Positions 28,463 to 32,000 of a stretch of DNA of 32,000 nucleotides are shown here, one piece after another (position 1 is the stretch's first letter; every line of letters starts with the position of its first letter). The notes under the pieces were generated by a model. The model made no database searches and had not been told where the DNA came from. It saw only the letters and a program-made list of their open reading frames with translations. Source of the DNA: Vibrio vulnificus CMCP6 (GTDB lineage: Bacteria; Pseudomonadota; Gammaproteobacteria; Enterobacterales; Vibrionaceae). A program made the translations under genes and the position numbers. The stretch spans positions 1,710,001-1,742,000 of the forward strand of contig NC_004460.2 of the NCBI RefSeq assembly GCF_000039765.1. Reading direction: 5' to 3'.

Positions 28463-29863
28463 TTAGTAAGCATTAGAACCAGTAAAGCCTTTAAACACGG
28501 TGAGAAAGATGATTTTGATGTCCATCCAAATTGACCAACGATGAATGTAGTCCAAGTCGAACTCAACGCGCTTTTCCATTTTGTCTAGGGTGTCGGTTTC
28601 GCCACGATAACCGTTGATTTGCGCCCATCCAGTGATGCCTGGTTTTACTTTGTGGCGAAGCATGTAGCGATCAACGATCTGGCGATATTCTTCGTTGTGC
28701 GAAACCGCGTGAGGACGCGGGCCAACAATGGACATGGTTCCTTGAAGTACGTTAATGAACTGGGGTAGCTCATCGAGTGACGTGCGGCGCAGAAAACCGC
28801 CAAATGGCGTAATCCGAGGGTCATTTTTCGTTGCTTGTTTTACGTCAGAGCCTTGCTCCATGGTCGTCATGGAACGAAATTTCCATACGCGAATTTTGCG
28901 TCCATCTAGACCATATCGGTCTTGCTTAAAAATCACGGGACCACGAGATGTGCACTTAATACCAATGGCGATTGCAATGAGGATTGGTGAAATTAACATC
29001 AGTATTAGGCTGGAAAAAACGATATCTTCAAAACGTTTAAGCCATGATGAAAAACCGGCAAACGGAGTATCAAAGACGCTGAGGGTCTGGACTTGCCCGA
29101 TCTGATCCCAACGAGAGTGAAGCAGATTGTAAGTAAAGAAATCAGGAATGAGATAGGTGTTTGCTGTGGTGTCTGAGAACTGGTGTAGAAACTTGGCGAT
29201 ACGTTCGTTAGCGTGCATTGGCATCGCAATATAGACGTAATCGACTTCGCCATTTTTCGCTTTGCTCAATGCGTCTGCAACATTGCCTTTGATTGGATAG
29301 TCCGCATTGCTCTCATCTCTCTCGACGGTTCTTTCATCATAGAAACCTTGAAAGATCACGCCATGTTCAGTGTGATTTTGCAGCTCATTGGCCAAGGTGA
29401 TGCCATGCGGTGTTTGGCCAACAATGATAGCGGTACGTGTGTTTAGTCCCAAGCGACGGAGGTAAGATAAAGTCGAGCGAAAAAGTATCCTCCAGCACAT
29501 GAGTAGAATCGGTGTAATAAGTAACCAAGGGGTTACAATATCTTCGTTGTAGGTATCCAGAGTTTTGGTGAAGAAGTGGATGGCAATTTGCAGCAAACTT
29601 GTTGCTAGCCACGCTGCGCAGGCAAGGGTGAGCTGTTGTCGAATTGAACTGGTACGCCACGAGCGATACAGCTGGGCGCTTTCGGCAAAGAGAATAAAGA
29701 TGAGTCCTGAGACGATTGCCAGCATCAGATAGTCTTTTGGAATGGCAGCCAAATGATAAAGTGTCAGCAAGGCCATAAAGCCGATGATGATCGTTAGATC
29801 TGCCAAGCGATACAGAAAAGAAAATTCAGTCTCATGTGAGCGAATCAATCCTTTGTTATTCAT
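28463..29863 (-). CDS. brpA: Undecaprenyl-phosphate hexose-1-phosphate transferase (WcaJ/WbaP-type priming phosphoglycosyltransferase)
   Basis: Four or five N-terminal TM helices and a central nucleotide-binding-like domain. The C-terminal Bac_transf domain reads SLILMLISPILIAIAIGIKCTSRGPVIFKQDRYGLDGRKIRVWKFRSM..DELPQFINVLQGTMSIVGPRPH..KPGITGWAQ. Confidence 0.85.
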   Translation of the reverse strand: MNNKGLIRSHETEFSFLYRLADLTIIIGFMALLTLYHLAAIPKDYLMLAIVSGLIFILFAESAQLYRSWRTSSIRQQLTLACAAWLATSLLQIAIHFFTKTLDTYNEDIVTPWLLITPILLMCWRILFRSTLSYLRRLGLNTRTAIIVGQTPHGITLANELQNHTEHGVIFQGFYDERTVERDESNADYPIKGNVADALSKAKNGEVDYVYIAMPMHANERIAKFLHQFSDTTANTYLIPDFFTYNLLHSRWDQIGQVQTLSVFDTPFAGFSSWLKRFEDIVFSSLILMLISPILIAIAIGIKCTSRGPVIFKQDRYGLDGRKIRVWKFRSMTTMEQGSDVKQATKNDPRITPFGGFLRRTSLDELPQFINVLQGTMSIVGPRPHAVSHNEEYRQIVDRYMLRHKVKPGITGWAQINGYRGETDTLDKMEKRVEFDLDYIHRWSIWMDIKIIFLTVFKGFTGSNAY

Positions 29864-30214
29864 AATGTCATTCCGTCAAATTTGGCACGCTACCGCCCTT
29901 GAGTGTCGTTTCTCAATGTCGTGCTAACAGTTCAATGTGATGGTGTCTGTTGTTTGAGATGACGCAATTTGCCTCGCGAAATATCAACAACAGTTGCAAG
30001 GAAGTGTAAGAATTTGAGTGAGTTTGGTTAGTGGAATTAAGAATGAAATTTCGACCTTCGGTTAATAGACCTAAATCATAAAAATCTAATACCTAAAATC
30101 GAGAAAACGAGAAAAGTGTTAGTTATTGCGGAATGAGAAAAACTATAGTGCAAGATGCTAGTGGAGAATAATCAGTAGAAAGTGTCAGAAATACAAAGAA
30201 ATGTCGGTGTAGCA

Positions 30215-30249
30215 CAAAAAATAAAAAAGCCTCTTATTTAGGAAGAGGC
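30215..30249 (-). terminator. Rho-independent terminator after malK
   Basis: On the minus strand: GCCTCTT (30249-30243) - 7-nt loop - AAGAGGC (30235-30229), followed by TTTTTTATTTTTTGTG. Confidence 0.75.
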
Positions 30250-30277
30250 CTTTAAAGACATGAAGATTAAAATAGTA

Positions 30278-31393
30278 TTAACGCTCTACGCCTTTTTCAT
30301 TAAATAGGCGCTTACAAGCACGACCATCGCTGTGGAATAGGTGGCAGCGATGAGCTGGGATACCAATTTCTAAGCGATCGCCAGAATCCACGTCCAACGT
30401 ATCTGGTTGGCGGTAGATCACATCCGCATCGGCACTTTCTAGGTTGAGGTAGACTTGCGTTTCATTACCCAGCTTCTCGACGATCATCACTTCACCATCG
30501 ATCACCGCGTCGCCTTGTGCAGAGGAGACTAGGTGCTCAGGACGTACTCCCAGAGACATGCGATCACCTTTGTTGACGGTTGTTCCATCAACTGGGACCC
30601 AAAAAGTCACGCCATTTGATAGCTTAACTTGAACGCGCTCGCTCTCTACATCCACGATTTGCACACTCATAAAGTTCATTTTTGGCGAACCAATGAAGCC
30701 AGCAACAAAGCGATTTTCAGGGTAATGGTACAGCTCTAGGGGTTTACCAACTTGAGAGACAAAACCGCCATCGAGTACCACGATTTTGTCAGCCATGGTC
30801 ATTGCTTCGACTTGGTCGTGCGTAACGTAAATCATGGTACAGCCAAGTTGGCGTTGCAGTTTGGTAATCTGGGCACGCATCTGAACGCGCAGGGCTGCGT
30901 CTAGGTTAGACAACGGCTCGTCGAGTAAGAACACTTTTGGTTGTGAAACAAGGGTACGACCAATCGCCACGCGTTGACGCTGACCACCCGAAAGGGCTTT
31001 TGGTAGACGCTCGAGTAGGTGACCAAGCTGCAGGATTTCAGCGGCTTGCTCTACGCGTTTGTCGATCTCTTTTTTGTCTGCTTTCGCTAACTTAAGGCCG
31101 AATGACATGTTGTCATAGAGATTTAGGTGCGGATACAGTGCATAAGACTGGAAAACCATGCCTACGCCACGTTTCGATGGCTCTACATCATTCATACGCT
31201 CTTCACCGATGTAAAGATCGCCAGAGGTGATGTCTTCTAACCCTGCAATACAACGAAGCAATGTCGATTTACCACAACCCGATGGACCGACAAATACTAC
31301 GAATTCGCCTTCGTTGATCTCAAGATCAACGTTTTTAGAAATCAATACGTCGCCATACGCTTTACAAACATTTTTTAACGTGACACTCGCCAT
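30278..31393 (-). CDS. malK: Maltose/maltodextrin ABC transporter ATP-binding protein MalK
   Basis: Near-colinear with enterobacterial MalK from the N-terminus ([72 protein letters not shown]) through the C-terminal regulatory domain ([20 protein letters not shown]). Confidence 0.92.
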   Translation of the reverse strand: MASVTLKNVCKAYGDVLISKNVDLEINEGEFVVFVGPSGCGKSTLLRCIAGLEDITSGDLYIGEERMNDVEPSKRGVGMVFQSYALYPHLNLYDNMSFGLKLAKADKKEIDKRVEQAAEILQLGHLLERLPKALSGGQRQRVAIGRTLVSQPKVFLLDEPLSNLDAALRVQMRAQITKLQRQLGCTMIYVTHDQVEAMTMADKIVVLDGGFVSQVGKPLELYHYPENRFVAGFIGSPKMNFMSVQIVDVESERVQVKLSNGVTFWVPVDGTTVNKGDRMSLGVRPEHLVSSAQGDAVIDGEVMIVEKLGNETQVYLNLESADADVIYRQPDTLDVDSGDRLEIGIPAHRCHLFHSDGRACKRLFNEKGVER

Positions 31394-31753
31394 TTAGCTC
31401 GTCCTCGATCAATTTTTTTATAATTCACTGCCCATCATTATATGAATTATGGAGCCGGACAGTAACAGTAGGAATCGGTAAGTTAAGCAACAGTAAGAAA
31501 ACAGGGCGGCACTTTAAAAATGGAGTTCCTAAATTAAAGTGCCACCCACCATAGCCAAATACGAGTTTTCTCCCCCACATTCATCAAGATGTCTCCCCCG
31601 TGAATAACAAACTACCACTAACATCTTAACTAATGACATTCCACTCGTATGGCAATGAAAACCAGCAAAAACAGTGACCAAGTTGGTCTGCTGGGAAAGG
31701 GTTCTTACCATCCACTCTTGGATGGGTGCAGTTTCTTCGATATAGCACTCGCC

Positions 31754-31973
31754 TACATCCTCCTACGCTAATTAATTGTAGGGGGAGTAGAAAAGGAGGA
31801 GGGGGTTCTACGCCTCTTCCCCCAGAGTGGGCAAATATCACAATAATCGCGTCAGTAAATGTGAATTCGATCTCATCGAGTGCCATTTTTGTGATTTTGC
31901 TCTCTTACCTCTAACGATGTAGATCACGAAAATACGCCATAATATCTGGGGCGTAGAGGATAGGAGGATGAGA
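31754..31973. promoter_or_regulatory. Cluster of MalT-box-like decamers in the malK upstream / divergent regulatory region
   Basis: Matches to the E. coli MalT box GGGGA(T/G)GAGG are: GGGGAAGAGG (minus strand, 31813-31822, 9/10), AAGGAGGAGG (31793-31802, 8/10), GGGGAGTAGA (31782-31791, 8/10), GAGGATGAGA (31964-31973, 8/10) and GAGGATGTAG (minus strand, within 31754-31765, 7/10). They are G-rich islands in an otherwise AT-rich region. Confidence 0.4.
31860..31875. promoter_or_regulatory. CRP-like binding site
   Basis: TGTGA-ATTCGA-TCTCA compared with the consensus TGTGA-N6-TCACA (one mismatch). It sits among the MalT-like boxes, as in enterobacterial mal promoters. Confidence 0.4.
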
Positions 31974-32000
31974 CAGAGCAGGTTTTTTCAGATGATATAC

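Noticed and set aside
28429-28566. The N-terminal 46-residue extension of the beta-barrel ORF, and similar ORF-track extensions at 1187-1276, 8074-8091, 11384-11431, 20061-20081, 21379-21432 and 26648-26686.
   Set aside because: These extensions start at non-ATG codons inside the preceding gene. In each case an internal ATG with an SD-like sequence gives a sensible N-terminus (signal peptide or conserved family start). The extensions would bury signal peptides or create long overlaps.
29883-29898. A sigma54-like TGGCAC element (TGGCAC-GCTAC-CGCCC) near the brpA start.
   Set aside because: It is on the + strand, pointing away from brpA and into the malK terminator region. The -12 element (CGCC) does not match TTGC(A/T). 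No minus-strand GTGCCA counterpart exists in the leader.
31781-31823. A G-run / C-run pair (GGGGGAGTAGAAAAGGAGGAGGGGG ... CCTCTTCCCCC) that at first looks like a strong hairpin or terminator.
   Set aside because: The arms are mirror-related, not reverse-complementary: the reverse complement of GGAGGAGGGGG is CCCCCTCCTCC, not CCTCTTCCCCC. No stable stem forms, so the runs are better explained as oppositely oriented MalT-box-like decamers.
31529-31914. Three short ORFs (60, 86 and 62 aa) in the malK upstream region.
   Set aside because: They overlap each other and the putative MalT/CRP sites, have no convincing RBS, and their Pro/Gly/Cys-rich odd composition derives from the G/C-run motifs. 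They are most likely non-coding regulatory DNA.

Overview
This is a Vibrio-type chromosomal segment. Gene content and synteny best fit Vibrio vulnificus chromosome II, but the species cannot be verified from the sequence alone. No rRNA, tRNA, CRISPR array, transposase or integrase was recognised. Left to right:
(1) The 3' end of a phosphate ABC importer (pstC fragment, pstA, pstB) with no phoU, closed by a strong terminator.
(2) A GAF-GAF-GGDEF diguanylate cyclase.
(3) A tightly packed six-gene minus-strand operon (11383 down to 4479): MoxR AAA+ ATPase, DUF58, DUF4381, BatA-like VWA, BatB-like VWA+TPR, BatD-like. This is a Bat (Bacteroides aerotolerance)-type module of unknown mechanism.
(4) A dCache methyl-accepting chemotaxis protein with a sigma28-like promoter, followed by a small acidic ORF.
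(5) An AT-rich block holding two tandem VpsT-family LuxR regulators (c-di-GMP pocket WFSR versus WLPR).
(6) An RTX calcium-binding matrix protein with its type I secretion ATPase and HlyD adaptor (cabABC-like).
(7) A convergent nine-gene exopolysaccharide locus (brpABCDFHIJK-like): priming phosphoglycosyltransferase, beta-barrel, short OPX, Wzc, GT4, sulfotransferase-like protein, GT4, Wzx, VanZ.
(8) A stand-alone malK with terminator and an upstream cluster of MalT-box-like and CRP-like sites.
Most striking is a perfect 267-bp (CAGCAA)n tract inside the BatB-like gene that encodes 89 consecutive glutamines. The best candidate for an undescribed system is the MoxR/VWA/Bat operon carrying that tract. 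Other points worth a second look:
- The AT-rich sulfotransferase-like cassette inside the EPS locus.
- The absence of a Wzy polymerase and a Wzb phosphatase from that locus.
- The composite short-OPX plus beta-barrel exporter.
- The divergent c-di-GMP motifs of the two regulators.
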